Assembly (NCBI RefSeq): GCF_963676685.1
Contig: NC_092344.1
Coordinates: forward strand, 88,226,001 to 88,290,000
Reading direction: 5' to 3'
Origin: Mytilus edulis
Taxonomy: Eukaryota
DNA length: 64,000 bases
In this document: one piece after another, positions 1 to 12,657 of the stretch
How positions within the stretch are numbered: the first letter of the stretch is position 1
How the letters are laid out: each line of letters begins with the position of its first letter
Made by a program: the position numbers and the translations under genes
Notes under the pieces: model-generated
The model's input: the letters and a program-made list of their open reading frames with translations, nothing else
Database searches by the model: none
Told to the model about the DNA's origin: nothing

Positions 1-886
1 GGTTTTCTACAGCAGTTGGTTCAAATTTCTGACCAGTTGAACAATTTGATTTTATAAAACAAATTGCAATTTGGTCAAAATTTTGAATGAGTTGCAATTG
101 GTGGAGAGCAACACTATCAGTCAACTCACTGTAAAAAGAAATCCGAGTCCGATATATCAGAATAGGTAACAAAAGAAACTAATATTTCTCGTTTAAATTG
201 TTTTACTTTGTCATATTGGGGCCTTTTATAGCTGACTATGCGGCATGGGCTTTGCTCATTGTTGAAGGCCGTACGGTGACCTATAGTTGTTAATGTCTGT
301 GTCATTTTTGTCTCTTGTATATTGTGGACAGTTGTCTCATTGGCTATCATACCACATCTTCTTTTTTATAAGCACATTGACAATGCTAAATACATTAACA
401 AGGAGTACAAGCAGTTACTGACAATGCCCGCTCCAGACATCAAATAAACTGATTAAAAGAATACGTCTTCAGGCATCATACGAAAATCAAGCACAATCCC
501 TCCCATTAAAGGGTTTAGTATCAGAGCATCAAAAAATAGATGAGATGAACATAAACGGCGTATAATGCTAACAACTGGTTTCAGAATGATAAATGTGTTT
601 ATTTCCGATGCAAAGACACTATGAGTGAATTAATATTTATACAAAAAAAATGCCATCTTTATGCCCGCGTCACACTGTCCCGATTTTTATATACGATGGA
701 CACCCGAATGCGAAAATTGTAAGTTCGTACGAAGTTGGTCCCGATCTCGTTAAAATACCAAAAAGTGACCGAAGAAAGTACGATGAATAACGAAGTCTAT
801 ACGATGGTGCCGAAATTATATACGATAGCAACAGATGGACATACGAAGGTTAACCGAAGACGGGTATTTAAGCTTCATATCTCAGC

Positions 887-973
887 CGAAGCCTACACGA
901 TGGATCACGAAGGCTACACGATGGATTACGAAGGCTACACGATGGATTACGAAGGCTACACGATGGATTACGA
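887..973. repeat. 21-bp minisatellite x4 inside the Harbinger-like element
   Basis: Unit CGAAGGCTACACGATGGATTA. Confidence 0.9.
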
Positions 974-1060
974 TGATGGCGCGATGGCCATACGATGTCT
1001 AAAAGATACGAACAGAATTTCGACAACATATCGTTTCTGTACAAGTCTGCCATGCATGGC

Positions 1061-1842
1061 GGGAAATCGATCTTTTTGTCTAATTCTTATAAAACCTAGT
1101 TTGTTATCCCCTCGCCTACTACATGTAAGTTGCGTGTATATAAAATTGTTATTGACACTCTAGACCCAAAATGCTCAAAACTTGGTATGGTGTACTCGTT
1201 AAGAATATCTTAAGCGCTATTGACTTTAAAGTTCAAAGGTCGAGGTCACAGTGGCAGTTGTAATACAAGGCAATATCACCCTTGTGGACACTCTAAAACC
1301 AGTATGCTTCAAAAGATTTTAACCACATTTGGTATATTGTCCCTCCTTGTAATGATCTGACATTTTTTACGTTCAAGGCCAAAGGTCAAGGTCATGCAGA
1401 TGGACTTGTTTTTTCTCCTTGAAATAGCATAATATACAGGAATTGGTGGGAAATCGATCTTTTTGTCTAATTCTTATAAAACTTAGTTTGTTATCCCCTC
1501 GCCTACTACATGTAAGTTGCGTGTATATAAAACTGTTATTGACACTCTAGACCCAAAATGCTCAAAACTTGGTATGGTGTTACTCGTTAAGAATATCTTA
1601 AGCGCTATTGACTTTAAAGTTCAAAGGTCGAGGTCACAGTGGCAGTTGTAATACAAGGCAATATCACCCTTGTGGACACTCTAAAACCAATATGCTTCAA
1701 AAGATTTTAACCACATTTGGTATATTGTCCCTCCTTGTAATGATCTGACATTTTTTACGTTCAAGGCCAAAGGCCAAAGGTCAAGGTCATGCAGATGGAC
1801 TTGTTTTTTCTCCTTGAAATAGCATAATATACAGGAATTGGT
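1061..1842. repeat. Tandem duplication of about 390 bp (1061-1447, 1448-1842), probably part of a nested Helentron/HINE-like repeat ending near 2053
   Basis: Two near-identical copies starting GGGAAATCGATCTTTTTG and containing AAAGGTCAAGGTCA motifs. The family assignment is inference. Confidence 0.8.
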
Positions 1843-3267
1843 TGCTCATTTTTTTACCTGCTGGTTCTAAAGACAATATTAAAGGTATTTCCAGTTACTG
1901 AATGTTTTGGTTGATTTCTAGAAAAATAGTTTATGTATCAAATATGCATATTCAATTTACCATTTTCTGCATGTGTATATACAAATATAGTGTCCATATT
2001 TGTCCTCAATATGTTACATACGAGGGGATGCCACGCTCGGCATTGCCTTGTTTGAACTGTAAAATGTGTGCACTAGTCTGAATAATCACCAATAATTATG
2101 CCCATGTTTACTGATCTATCTTAAAGGTAAGGTAATGGGTTCGTTGATCCCTTTTATTCAAAAAGAGCTCTTTCCAGGAGAATATCATAATAATATAGAC
2201 AAAAGGAAGGATGTTGGGAAAGCAACTAATGCGGCAAAATATGACATATAGAAAACAAAATGGTTATGGAGTAAACATTCGTGTGACAACAACTCAGACG
2301 ATACATAAAAAAATCAGAATAATGAAGAAAAAGTTGGTTTCCCTATATATACGTGTACCTGCAGTGTTGGTGTACGAGGCGCGTTTATGATTTTCATAAT
2401 GTTACTTGATATGGAAAATTGACAAAAAATAATATTTTATTTGTAAAAGTAAATCCTGAGCCTGTAATAGCTGCTCTTCTTGTTCCATTTGAATTAATAG
2501 AAACAACGCTGTCACCTTTCTTGTTCTCATAGAATCATATGATATGAGCTCCATGTTTTGTGAACGTCTTTCTTAACTGTCATATTAGACTGACCAGTGC
2601 ATATCGCACATGGCACTTTAAATGTATTTTAACGCGAAAATTAACTTACATTTAGCTGGATTTATTGCCGTCGTAGTTCCATCTTGTCGCCTTCGTACTT
2701 TTATTCGATGGCAACACGACGGGATTACGAGGTCTTCACGAAGTCGTGTTGCCATCGTAAGACCTTCGGGTATCTTCGTGATTCATTCGTGTAGACATCG
2801 TAATGTCAAAACTGCCCGATGGAAACGATGGAAACACGAATGCAATACGATGTGCAAAGATGCATTCCCGGTGACATTACGATAGTGAGGATGGTGATAC
2901 GAACTCAATACGAACCCTCAACATCGGACGCACCTTCGGGGATTTTTTAACATGTTAAAAAATTTAGAACCCTTCCCGAAGTTGTCCCCGAAGGCTAGAA
3001 AAAGTGGCCGATGGTTCTACGATAGTTAAAGATGGCACTACTAATAGCCCGATCTGGTTACGATCAGTCCCGATTTTGAAAATTTTCATTATCGTGTTGC
3101 CATCGGCGTAAAAATCGGGACAGTGTGACGCGGGCATTAATGACTTGACAACCGTATCGTACCGTATCCCTTCTGCAATTATCAATTCCAGATTTTGATT
3201 ATATCGGCAAAGGTTATAGTAGGTGAAAATTGTTTTCACTCATCTTCATTTATCATCAGTCTTTAAA

Positions 3268-3750
3268 TAAGAAGATGCGGTATGAGTGCCAATGAGACAT
3301 CTCTGTATCTAAGTCACAATATATAAATAGTTAACAATTATATAGATTTAAGCAGATGTGGCATGGATGTAATTAGGCAACTCTCCATCTAAGTCACAAT
3401 TTGTAAATTAAACCATCATTTGTCAAAGAACGGCCTTCAACACGGAGCCTTGGCTCACACCAAACAACAAGCTATAAAAGGTCCTAAAATGAAAATGACT
3501 AGTTTAAAACCATTCGAACAGGACAACCAACGATCTAATCCATATAAACCGAAAATCGAGAAACACTTATGAACCACATCAACAAACAACAACCACTGAA
3601 CAATAGGTTCCTGACACAGGCACTTGTCTCAGAAAAACAATCCTATATACCTTAATGATTTTCTGAGACAAGTGCCTGTGGTTCCTGACTTAGGACCAGT
3701 GCAAACAAATGCAGAGTTGTAACGTTTTAAACATCACCCTAACCTGAATA
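3268..3750 (+). repeat. High-copy interspersed repeat (AAGAAGATGTGGTATGAGTGCCAATGAGACAACTCTCC family), representative copy
   Basis: Related copies near 180-370(-), 4545-4670, 15330-15700, 17225-17365, 33040-33125, 36410-36740(-), 37465-37670 and 56250-56515. Confidence 0.75.
3615..3680. mobile_element. 66-bp miniature TIR element with 8-bp TSD
   Basis: 22-bp perfect TIR CACAGGCACTTGTCTCAGAAAA (3615-3636 / 3659-3680); GTTCCTGA at 3607-3614 and 3681-3688. Confidence 0.85.
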
Positions 3751-5051
3751 TATGATCACATCATAGAAAAAAGGAAAATCACAAAAATACCAAACTCCGA
3801 AGAAAATTCGAATCTGCAGAAAAGTCCCTTACCAAGGGCAAAATCAAAAGCTCAAACACATTAAATGAATGTACAACAATTGTCATATTCCTGACTTGGT
3901 TCAGGCATTTTCTTGTATAGAAAAGTCACAATATAAAATATCAATTAAAATGGGACAACTCAATCAAAAGACAACAAACAGTATACAAACCACAACGAGA
4001 GGACATTTGTACAAACAAATGAACCGACACAAACAAACGGACCTCTCAGCATGGGTCACAACATTTACTGCTGAATGATTTGGTGAACCTGCTATATAAG
4101 TAATACAAAATGGTAAGTAGTTCCCACTCTTAACTCATTGGCACCCGTCGTGTTTCTTTTTACGAATACAAGTTCGGTGATAAGTCTATTTGATGGTAAT
4201 TAAGCCATACACGAAGAAAGGGAGACGAGAAAGAGACTACGACAAATGCAACCGTTGAACGTATCCGTGTCTTATCTGTGAAATCCATATTTTGCATTAG
4301 TTAACCAAGTGAAATTGCCGAGAAAACAAGCTGTATTGTAGAGAAATATGAATTGTAGTTGAAAATCTGATTTCTTAACAAAAAACTTTATAAAACCTAA
4401 AAACTAAAATGGGTACATTATAAGATCGAAGTAAAGAGACATTATAATGTCATTATACGTAAACCATTATTTGTTCAAACCGTAGCTGCTTAAGTTGAGT
4501 TTTCACAATCCCAATTTTATAAAAAAAAATAATAATCTGTTATAAATGCCAATGACACAACTCTACACTATAGAGACAAAATGATATAGAAGTAAAACAA
4601 CTATAGATCACTGTACGGCCTTCAATAATGAATAAAACTCATACCGCACTGTCAGCTATAACAGGCTCCGGTTGTGTCACCATCTTGAGAATTTGTCGTA
4701 AACAGATGATTGTTTAAAGTTTGACATGTTTCATACTTTGGGCGATTAAACCTTGGGATATATATTGCTGAAGACCATGTTTTTAGTAGAACTGGGTTTT
4801 TGTCTCATGTAGGTCACAAATATTTCATTCAGAAAAGAAAAAGCAAAAAAACAACAAAACAAGCTAGGCATTCCAAACGTGTTCTAGCCCCAAGGATCAC
4901 GGGTACAAATTATGTCACCATTTATTTAGATACTTAAAGATTATCGTTGGTTATCTGGTTTATTCCCTATTGTCCCACTTTTTAAAATATTAGAGTTCTG
5001 ATTGTCTCACAAGTACGACGAAAGTGAGAAAAGCAATCGAGTTGAGATAAC

Positions 5052-5092
5052 CATGGAAGTATTATATTGACGGTCAATATAATACTTCCATG
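5052..5092. mobile_element. 41-bp perfect palindromic insertion with 7-bp TSD
   Basis: CATGGAAGTATTATATTGAC-G-GTCAATATAATACTTCCATG flanked by AGATAAC at 5045-5051 and 5093-5099. Confidence 0.8.
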
Positions 5093-5510
5093 AGATAACC
5101 AATGATAATCTGTTTATCGCTATTTTACCTATGAAGACGTTGTTAATTTTCTTGACAACGGCACGTGTTCCCTTATTTTCTAACGAAAATTTTCATATAA
5201 GTCACTCGACTCCACTGACAAAGGAAATTATCAGTCAACAAGATCAAAGGAAAAACTCGTAAAATAGCGATAAACTGCAATATAAACACAGGCAATTATA
5301 ATTAATTGAATAGAACTATTTTCATGTAAACATCTATTTCACTCAACATATTTGTACTCATTTATAACACAGTTCTTTTTAAGTATTTATTGTATTATAG
5401 AACAGATAACAGAAATACAAAACATCTATACAATATTGAAACTAAATATAAAGTAGAACTACATAAAGTCAAAATAGAACGGGTCGTCATCACTCCATTG
5501 GATCTTCCCT

Positions 5511-7316
5511 TTATATGCCAGTTTCACCTTGTTCGGTTTCTCCTGTGGGCATGTCTTGGCCGAATTCAGTGTTCTCATTTTCATTCATCTGTGGCATCAT
5601 GTCAGATGGAGATGATCTAAAAATAAAATAAAGAAAGAAATAAAGAAAGAAAGGAAAGAAATAACTGTAGTAATTATGGCTAGGAAGTTGATTGTAGTAC
5701 AAATCTCAGGCTGATAGACCTGAAGTGTTTGTCACTGTTGTCAAGACTATTGTCAACTATGTAAATAACAGGTTTTACTAATAGAAGACCAGTTCAAGGG
5801 TAGGATCAAGAATCGAAATTGTTTTATCTGATGCAAAAATATCTTTTAAATAAATTCTTCATTGTATCTTTTGAATGTTAGTAAGAAACACTCAAGACTC
5901 GTTTTGACTAATTAAGGATTCTAAATACAATGTATATGTTTGAGAAGGCTTTATTATATACATGTTAACAATTGTTCCGTATTTATTACATTGCAGTTAC
6001 CAAACCAACATTTACAAATCAACCTAATTTCAAATCCTGTCCACTGATGTATGAATAAAATACATAAGTCAGTAAGATAATACTTAATTTATTATTATTT
6101 TAATTGCAACATACCCTTCATTTACAGGAAATTTCATGGCATGTTCACTGGCACAAAGCAGACATCTGCAGTAGCAACGTCCATGATAGAGGACTGACAT
6201 AAAATACCCACATCTTCTAAATGTGCAATGCGCTTTACATAATGAACCACAAGTAACTACACTCTCAGCCTCGTGAACTAAAACAAAAGAGCATAGATGT
6301 AACCAATTACAGCGCTTAAGCTTTGATAGGTTAAGGTTGAATTTCATATTTGTTAATATTTAATGGAACCGTTATCTCATGTATATCCACGCCGTAATTT
6401 TTCTTTTGACACAACTATTTAAGTTTTTGTCATGTAGAAACACTGACCACAAAAAGAATAGCACAAACTTGAAATATAAATAGTTATGACCAAATATGAC
6501 TAACATAGTATTGAGTCTATTAGGTAACACATGTATCTTTTGATCCTAAATTAATAGTTTAAACATTTCACTTAGTTTCACTCGCTGAGATTATAACATT
6601 GGTTTCCATAGTTTCCATAGTTAACATACATTTATTTCTTTAGCCGCATTAAATTAATTGTGTTTTTTTAGTAGTCATTTAGTTATGATTTCGGCATCAT
6701 GAACGTAAAATCAGGACAAAACCATAAAACATGGCTATATTTCCGACAGAAATAAGAATATTCTTTTTGTCTTTTTTTCGAGATGAAATTTTTAATACGG
6801 TATAACTTCATCAAATAGTTAGAATTATATAGAGCAATTTTACTTTGAATTTTTGTAAACATGATTAAAATATAGAGATTTTTTAAGTTCATGTGAACTA
6901 GCGCGGCAAATAGATATCTGGTCATACCTGCTTTGTAATTTTCATAAAGGTGTCAGAATACCAGTCTAAAATCCTTATCTATTCAACCAAATTTTGCAAC
7001 TTTTACAGCTAGCTTTCCAAATATTTATACCATAAGATTAACTTTATAAAAACAAGATTTATCTTTAATTGTAAATGTATCATCTTTTTTATGCCAATTT
7101 TCAAACGTGTAGCAAAGTACTGCCGTTTAAAAGTCAAGTCTTAAATAAAAGATCCCTGGTTTTCGGAAAGTCTTAAGTAAGTATGATATGCAAACGCAAC
7201 AAGACCATAACATTTCACTCTGGTTTTAAAACATTTAATATTACTTTAAATAAAAGTAACAACATACCTGCAATAATTGCTACAAGAGCAGTAGCCAGAA
7301 TAATTGCTGCCTTCAT
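5511..7316 (-). CDS. MytG1: Mytilin G1-type antimicrobial peptide precursor (105 aa), coding exons 7316-7268, 6277-6115, 5616-5511
   Basis: Manual splicing with canonical GT/AG sites (phase 1, phase 2) gives MKAAIILATALVAIIAVHEAES-VVTCGSLCKAHCTFRRCGYFMSVLYHGRCYCRCLLC-ASEHAMKFPVNEGSSPSDMMPQMNENENTEFGQDMPTGETEQGETGI. Signal peptide, 8-Cys mytilin array and anionic pro-piece are present. Exon 2 acceptor at 7342-7341, exon 1 donor at 7783-7782, AATAAA at 5391-5386. Matches recalled mytilin G1 except FRRC versus recalled FRKC. Confidence 0.96.
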
Positions 7317-7783
7317 ATTGGATCAAAATTAGATATTGGTCTGAAATGGAAAGAGATGTAACATCATTAACATAAATATGAGAAGGTATGGAATTAAAAG
7401 GGCGAGCGCTAAGAATATGTTATATTAACACAATAAACTTTAGGAAAGTATTAAATACGAAAATTCCGCGATATATATCAAGGTAAAAATACCACTTTAT
7501 TTTTATATTTGAATATCTAGATCTATATAAGCATCATTGCAAAAATCAGGACAGATATGACACCACTGCTAGAGTGTTATTCATTTAGAATCAGATTTCT
7601 TAGTAATAAACTTAGCAGCTGTTCATTGAAATCTGCATGTTCAATTTGTTTCTGGTGCCAGTGCTGAATTATTGGAAACTTGACTGAAATAAGACATAAA
7701 AAGAATATTTCTAAAGATTGTCACTTTTTGATTATTATGATTTAAATACAGTAATATAGTTTTAAGTTAACAAAGCTACATAC

Positions 7784-7950
7784 CTTATACCTTCAGCTAG
7801 TCAACAGGCTGTGTATTTTTTTTGTTTTTTTACAAATTAAGCAGTTTTTATAACATTTGATCCAGAAATGACAGTTCCGTAGGAGGATGTTGGTTTGTGC
7901 AACTAAATTGCGTGTTATTTTTACTGTATTATGTACGAAATCTAGGGCGT
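7784..7950 (-). promoter_or_regulatory. Non-coding exon 1 and core promoter of mytilin G1
   Basis: TATAAAA at 7852-7846. A block (TTCCGTAGGA, TTGCGTG, AAATCTAGGGCG read on +) shared with the paralogous promoters lies upstream. Donor AAG|GTATGT at 7784/7783. Confidence 0.8.
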
Positions 7951-8646
7951 TTAAATTACAAGTATATCTCAGAATAACCACATTAGAAATAAACATTAAA
8001 AATAGAACAGACAACACGAACGAGGCAAAAACAGGGACAAATACTTGGATCCCATGCGACATACGTCTTACTTTAAGTATTATCCTATTCTTACGTCAAA
8101 ATATGCCCCTAGCAACACTTTCAAAATTGATGAAGTAAGAAGACACGAATGGACGATGAAAGGAATAAGTCAAGAAAAATCAGTTGGCCAGTATTAAGAA
8201 AAACAATACCGACATGACATAGATTCAAAGCTAAAGACTAAGCAACACAAATACTACTGACGCCGTCAATTCATCTTTATGATTATTTGTAAGTGCTTTC
8301 TAAGAATACCCCACGATTAAAGATGATGATGAGACACATATAGATTTTCGTAGTTTGTTGTGTGATCTTCATTATATTTAATATAATAAATCATTTCAAT
8401 GAGATAGCGGCCAAACTACAAAAACAAACTCCAAATTCACGAATTGAGACCAGTATCGTCGACAGAATCTCCGTTTATAATCATAAATTAACTGGTCACA
8501 GAATTGTTTGAATTTTTGAAATACTAAAGCTTTTCTACCCAAGGAATAGAATACCTTAGCTGTATTTGGCAAAACTTTTAGGAATTTTTGGTCCCCAATG
8601 CTCTTCACTTCGTACTTTATTTGACCTTTTAACATTTTTGATTCGA

Positions 8647-8690
8647 ACGTCACTGATGAGTCTTTTGTAGACGAAACGCGCGTCTGGCGT
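8647..8690 (+). ncRNA. Type I hammerhead ribozyme, intact core, in a partial retrozyme repeat (~8480-8730)
   Basis: Stem I ACGTCA/TGGCGT; CTGATGA at 8653-8659; stem II GTCT-TTTGT-AGAC; GAAA at 8673-8676; minimal stem III within the palindrome ACGCGCGT; GTC cleavage triplet at 8682-8684. Confidence 0.85.
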
Positions 8691-9569
8691 AAATATAAAA
8701 CTTCAATCTGGTATCTATGATGAGTTTATTTATACATGCATCACTCTCATAAGATTCTATAGGCATCAAGTTTAAAGATATATTTAAAATGTAAGTCAGA
8801 TTAAGAAGAATATTTTTTGTAGCCAAATGTTTCATAAATTGAATACAGACCGATGATTATTAATAGGAGTTTCATTTGAATATTTAAATATGGTATTTTT
8901 GTGCAATTCATTAATTTTTTGCAAAGAACAAAAAAAACCTGAAGATACCGGTCTGGCCTATAATTAAGGACGCCAGACTCACGTTTTATCTATATACATA
9001 AAATTTACAAGTGGCGCTCGACTCATCGCCAGGTATGCCAACTCAAAACAGTAGTCGAAGAGCGTTATAAAGCAATCATTCAAAAAGTTGTGACCGAAAT
9101 GGATACGACCATCTATGCATGAAGGAAGACCAATCTAAACGACTCGAATAATTTTAATAAATTGTGAACTGCAAATCTGCAGAATATGACCGTAATAATT
9201 AAATCTCGTATTTGTTTACTTGTTAGTTGTTATATGACATTTGAGGTTATGATTAAATAAGTTTCCGAACAGGGGAAATACATTAACTGTATCCGCATAA
9301 GTAAATATGTAGTTTATCAACCTTGTATTGTAAGGTCCTTTTATCTAAATAAGGACGGACAGATTACTTCTGTTAGGTGTAATTTATTAATGGGATTGGA
9401 AGTGTGTATTTCAAAACTCAGTTTCTTAAACCAATTTGTCATAAAAATCTTGTGAAAGGAATACTAGTTATATGTCATTATCACACAATGAAACAGATTG
9501 CTCTCAGTTATATGTCAAACCAGGCCGTAAATTATACAATTAAAAATAAGAACGCAAACAATAGGTGTA

Positions 9570-10595
9570 TAAGCAAAGACCCATCGAAACAACATCTGAT
9601 AAACAAATTTAATAATACTTTTAGATATTTGGATGATATTTTGGCTCTCAATAATGACGACTTCAGTATGTATATTAATGAAATTTATCCTGTTGAACTT
9701 ACTTTAAATAAAGCTAATACTAACAATGACCACTGCCCTTTCCTCGATCTTGATATCTATATCATTAACGGAAAGCTGAATACTAAAATTTATGATAAAA
9801 GAGATGATTTTTCATTTCCTATCGTTAATTATCCATTTTTAGATGGTGACGTTCCCTTGTCACCATCTTACGGTGTTTATGCATCTCAACTTGTACGATT
9901 CGCTCGTGTATGTAACAATGTTTTAGATTTTAACGAGAGAAATTTATGTATTACTGAAAAATTATTACACCAGGGTTTTCGATATCACAAACTAGTCAAA
10001 ACATTTACTAAATTTTATTATCGGTATAAGGACATCATTCGTAAATATAGCTCAACATGCAGACTTCTTATACGTTCAGGTATTTCACATCCAATTTTTT
10101 ATGGAAATATTCTTTATAAAGCACAAAGGTGTCAGTATTGACCTCAAAAACTAACAAAACCTTTGAATAGACTTATTAAGAAGGGATATAGTTACGATAC
10201 TGTTGTCAGGTCATTAAAGATTGCATATTTTGGCGTTAATATTGATTCACTTATAGGGTCTTTGCATCGGAACTAAACACATTTATTCAAAAACCAGTTG
10301 TTGGCATGACACGGGTTATGATCTTCTCATATATATGGTATGATACTAAACCCTTAACGGGAAGGATTGTGCCTGATGTTCATATGATGAAATCCTAATC
10401 TTTCAGTCAGTTTAATTGAAGTCTTGAGCTGGCATGTCAGTTAACTGCTAGTAGTCTGTTGTTTTTTTATGTATTATTGTCATTTTGTTTATTTTCTTTG
10501 GTTACATCTTCTGACATCAGACTCGGACTTCTCTTGAACTGAATTTTAATGTGCGTATTGTTATGCGTTTACTTTTCTACATTGGCTAGAGGTAT
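9570..10595 (+). mobile_element. 5'-truncated Penelope-like retroelement (Naiad-type): C-terminal RT/thumb plus 3' tail
   Basis: Motifs FRYLDD, PFLDL, YDKRDDFSF and GVYASQLVRFAR. The frame continues past TGA 10139-10141 to TAA 10274-10276 with no C-terminal GIY-YIG domain. Confidence 0.82.
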
Positions 10596-11151
10596 ATTTA
10601 TGTCTTCACGCTAGAAACTAAGAAAATATATGATATTTTGGGGATGATCATCAATTCTTCAATTTATAGTTTGAACTAGATTTAACATATTCTAAAATTC
10701 GTATGAATTGAAATTCACTGCGTATAAAAATATATAATTGGAATTGGACAATATCGTGTCTTTCAAACATAATCAGACAGCTACAGTTATAACAATGTAG
10801 GACGACATGACTATATACCACCAGTTTAAAGATAAAACATCGTATTCAGTTCTAACTTTGCTTTTTCTTAAAATTATATGTAATTGTTTTTCCAAATATG
10901 AATATTATTTGAATGTTATCTAAAGAGTCAAATGGTACAGTAATACTGAAACAACCAGCAAAACTTCTACTTGTCATGTTAAACAATAGATGTGTATCCA
11001 TCTATGAAAGATTAAGGAGTTGAAGATTCTTGGTGTTTTGATCTTAAAAAGTATAATTCATTTTATGCCCGCCAAAAATGAATTTTAAGAATGAAAAACG
11101 TTTCCAGTATTAATCAATATCTACCAGTGATTTAAAGAAGTAAAATGTGTC

Positions 11152-11520
11152 GGGTATATATGAAGAGTTTATTTACAACCACTGGGTCGATGCCACTACT
11201 GGTGCAGCTATTATTTCTCCGAGGGTATCACCAGCACTTCTGTGTTGACATGACATATCATTGATATGGTCATAATTATTAAGTCACTGTTTACAAAACT
11301 TTGACTTTTGAAATACTTAGGCTTTCCTACCTCAGGAATAGATTACCTCAGCTGTATTTGGTAAAACTTTTTTTTTATCCTCAATGCACTCTAACTTCGT
11401 ACTTTATTCGGCCGTTTAAACTTTTTTTTTATTCGAACGTCACTGACGAGTCTTTTTTTAGACGAAACGCGCGCCTGGCCCAAATACAAAATTTCAATCC
11501 TGGGATTTATTATGAGTTTA
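11152..11520 (+). mobile_element. Retrozyme repeat unit with mutated hammerhead (11437-11480)
   Basis: Aligns to the 35745-36137 unit. The core CTGACGA..GAAA is present but the cleavage triplet is GCC. Confidence 0.78.
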
Positions 11521-12657
11521 AATATAACTGCTTTATTATCCCATTATATACAAGCTATCACGTTTATGTATCATTATTTGTCATTCTGTTGCCGTACATA
11601 ACTAGCTATCATGAACGTCGTCCGTTGAAAGGGGTCTCTTGAAATGTAAAATCGTTCGAAATCACAATATTCTCTACCTTAAAAATGAAAATTTTGTTTT
11701 TGCTACCGTTCAAAAATATTGATAATTAATAGTAATCCATCTACACACATAAGCATTTTGAACATGATACGGTGTTTATCATTGTTTTGCTTAAACTTGT
11801 GTTAAATTTTGTATCACAAATATGTTTCCCCTCCCTGAATATGATTTTACAGTCCGTACTTTTGTTATAACTTCTCTTTAGTTTGTTGATCGATAGTTAA
11901 AGCAGGAGGACTGAGAAATGATAAAAAAGTTTAGCTCAACTTTTATTTTGCTGTATGGTATATTTTTTTGGGAATGGGAAATTATCAATCAGATCTTTAA
12001 TTGATTGTATCTGTCTAATTTATTGGTAACTATTTATATACCCTTGACGATTTACACTTTGTCATATTATAAAAGTCACTATGTATTGTTGGAAGCTGTA
12101 TAATCTCCTCAATATATTACTTTTATTTTTCGTTCGGTTGCTGTCTCATTGATGTAAGCAACAATTACTTTATTTAAATTGGAAACACAAGGAAAAAAAC
12201 CCCACCTAGAAATCATAAAAGTGAGTTCGCTTCCAGGATGTATTTTCATGGGCACCAACTATGTTATCAGTTATTTAGATACATTGCAATATAAATAAAG
12301 GCAACAGTAGTATGATCTAGTATACCGCTGTATCGAAGGTCATAAACCGATTGAGAGAAAACAAATCCGGTTTACCAACTAAAACTGAGATAAACACATC
12401 AAATAAAAGAGGAAAGCAACAAACAACAGAAACACTAAAAAACAGGCTATTGATACTATTAGTTAAATCTACTCTTTCCATGTTATCAATTATAAATTAA
12501 GCAACGATACACATTTCTATTTAAGTTTTTATTCAGATAAGAGCTACAATTTTAGAAATCAAAAACACCTCTTAAACAATTAAAAATACATTGAAGAATT
12601 ATATAATGTCAAACAGAACGGGTCATTTTCACTTCTGAGAATCATTGGATCATCTCT

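Larger units (their letters stand above)
662..3136. mobile_element. Non-autonomous PIF/Harbinger-like TIR element (2.5 kb) with TTA target-site duplication
   Basis: Perfect TIR TGCCCGCGTCACACTGTCCCGATTTTTA at 662-689 and 3109-3136; TTA at 659-661 and 3137-3139; no transposase ORF. Confidence 0.85.
375..3240 (-). mobile_element. Degenerate 3' end of a Penelope-like (Naiad-type) element, split by the Harbinger-like insertion (pieces ~375-661 and ~3137-3240)
   Basis: The reverse complement aligns to roughly 10130-10480 of the RT-bearing copy, collinear across the insertion. Confidence 0.7.

Noticed and set aside
887-973. CRISPR-like appearance of short regular repeats (also 53810-54075 and 45905-45990)
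   Set aside because: No unique spacers and no cas genes; the DNA is eukaryotic with spliceosomal introns.
735-1163. 142-aa ORF with EGYTMDY repeats
   Set aside because: Translation of the 21-bp minisatellite inside a non-autonomous TIR element; non-ATG start and no gene context.
6084-6347. Single-exon 87-aa mytilin-like ORF (likewise 38465-38671 and 5511-5702)
   Set aside because: These are single exons extended into intron sequence; the real products are spliced.
9404-9570. N-terminal part of the 245-aa RT ORF
   Set aside because: Flanking DNA that happens to be in frame with the truncated element; GTG start, and RT similarity begins only near 9570.
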